Below the pieces are notes generated by a model. The model did no database searches and was not told where the DNA came from. It saw only the letters and a list, made by a program, of their open reading frames with translations. 64,000 nt of DNA from the human T2T-CHM13v2.0 reference genome, Homo sapiens: assembly GCF_009914755.1 (NCBI RefSeq), contig NC_060947.1. One strand, written 5' to 3'. Made by a program: the position numbers and the translations under genes. This document shows positions 62,373 through 64,000 of this stretch, in pieces. Numbering within the stretch: position 1 is the first letter of the stretch; each line of letters begins with the position of its first letter.

Positions 62373-62766
62373 TGGGTGGCTCTTAAAAGTGACTTTGAGT
62401 TGGGTAGAATTATTGCTGAGGAAGCTTTATGCTTTCTGTCTACGAATGTGGCATGTAAGCTCGATGTTCTTGAGCATGATAGTCACTCAGAGTGGATGGC
62501 GCACAGATTGATGTTCTCAAAGAGCCCCACCAGGTAGGCCTCTCACACTTCCTGCAGCTGCTGAGCTTTGGAAGTGCAGGTTGGTCTTGAAGTTCTGTGC
62601 GATCTTGTGCACCAGATCATGGAATGGCAGCTTGCGGATCAGCAGCTCAGTTGATTTCTGGTAGCAGCGGATCTTACGCAGGGCCACTGTGCCAAGCTAG
62701 TAGCTGCTAGGGCTTATTTATGCTTCTGGTGCTGGAGCACTCTTGCGGGCTACCTTGGTGGCCAGA
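62373..62766 (-). pseudogene. Histone H3 (replication-dependent, H3.1/H3.2-type) pseudogene fragment
   Basis: Reverse complement reads [62 protein letters not shown] with indels and stops; TAA at 62427-62429; degenerate 3' stem-loop plus ACCCA at 62373-62393. Confidence 0.92.
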
Positions 62767-63024
62767 TTTTTTTTTTGTTTGTTTTATAATTTTTATATAA
62801 CATTTTAATGTTTTATAATTTTTTATATAACATTTTAATGTCTTATAAAAACAAAATTATATAACATTTTTCTAGGTGAACTTATTCTTTGTGTTCCTGG
62901 GATGTCTATAGACAATGTTACAGTAACTTTTGACTACAGATCATTTTTTTTCAAATGATATAATATTGATAAAGTATTGTAGGGCTCCCAAAATAAAATG
63001 AGTTGGTTTTGAGCCTATGGATGA

Positions 63025-64000
<976 letters not shown>

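Noticed and set aside
62745-62760. H3 pseudogene as testis H3.4 (H3t)-derived because of Val24
   Set aside because: Other H3.4 diagnostics (Met71, Ser98) are absent; likely neutral decay.

Overview
Primate (almost certainly human) X-chromosome DNA, recognisable as Xq22.1. It holds a 20-exon NXF-family mRNA-export pseudogene (NXF4, + strand, about 8.4-18.7 kb) with AG/GT splice sites, no frameshifts and three nonsense codons. It also holds ARMCX5 (+ strand; CpG promoter near 46 kb, three 5'UTR exons, single-exon 558-aa CDS at 49097-50773) and a replication-dependent histone H3 pseudogene fragment (- strand, about 62.2-62.8 kb). The rest is mostly Alu, L1, LTR and Tigger/MADE1 repeats. Main observations: (1) the NXF4 intron between the 110-nt and 37-nt exons keeps the NXF1 intron-retention module, namely a CTE-like hairpin and an 18-codon read-through tail resembling short NXF1; (2) two inverted L1s about 6 kb apart share private inactivating mutations, pointing to gene conversion and an inversion-prone substrate; (3) a twin-primed L1 carries about 515 bp of HMGN1-like 3'UTR inside its target-site duplication (TSD); (4) a 1.2-kb run with no G or C sits inside an Alu TSD. 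Repeat subfamily names and homologies come from recall of consensus sequences, not from a search.
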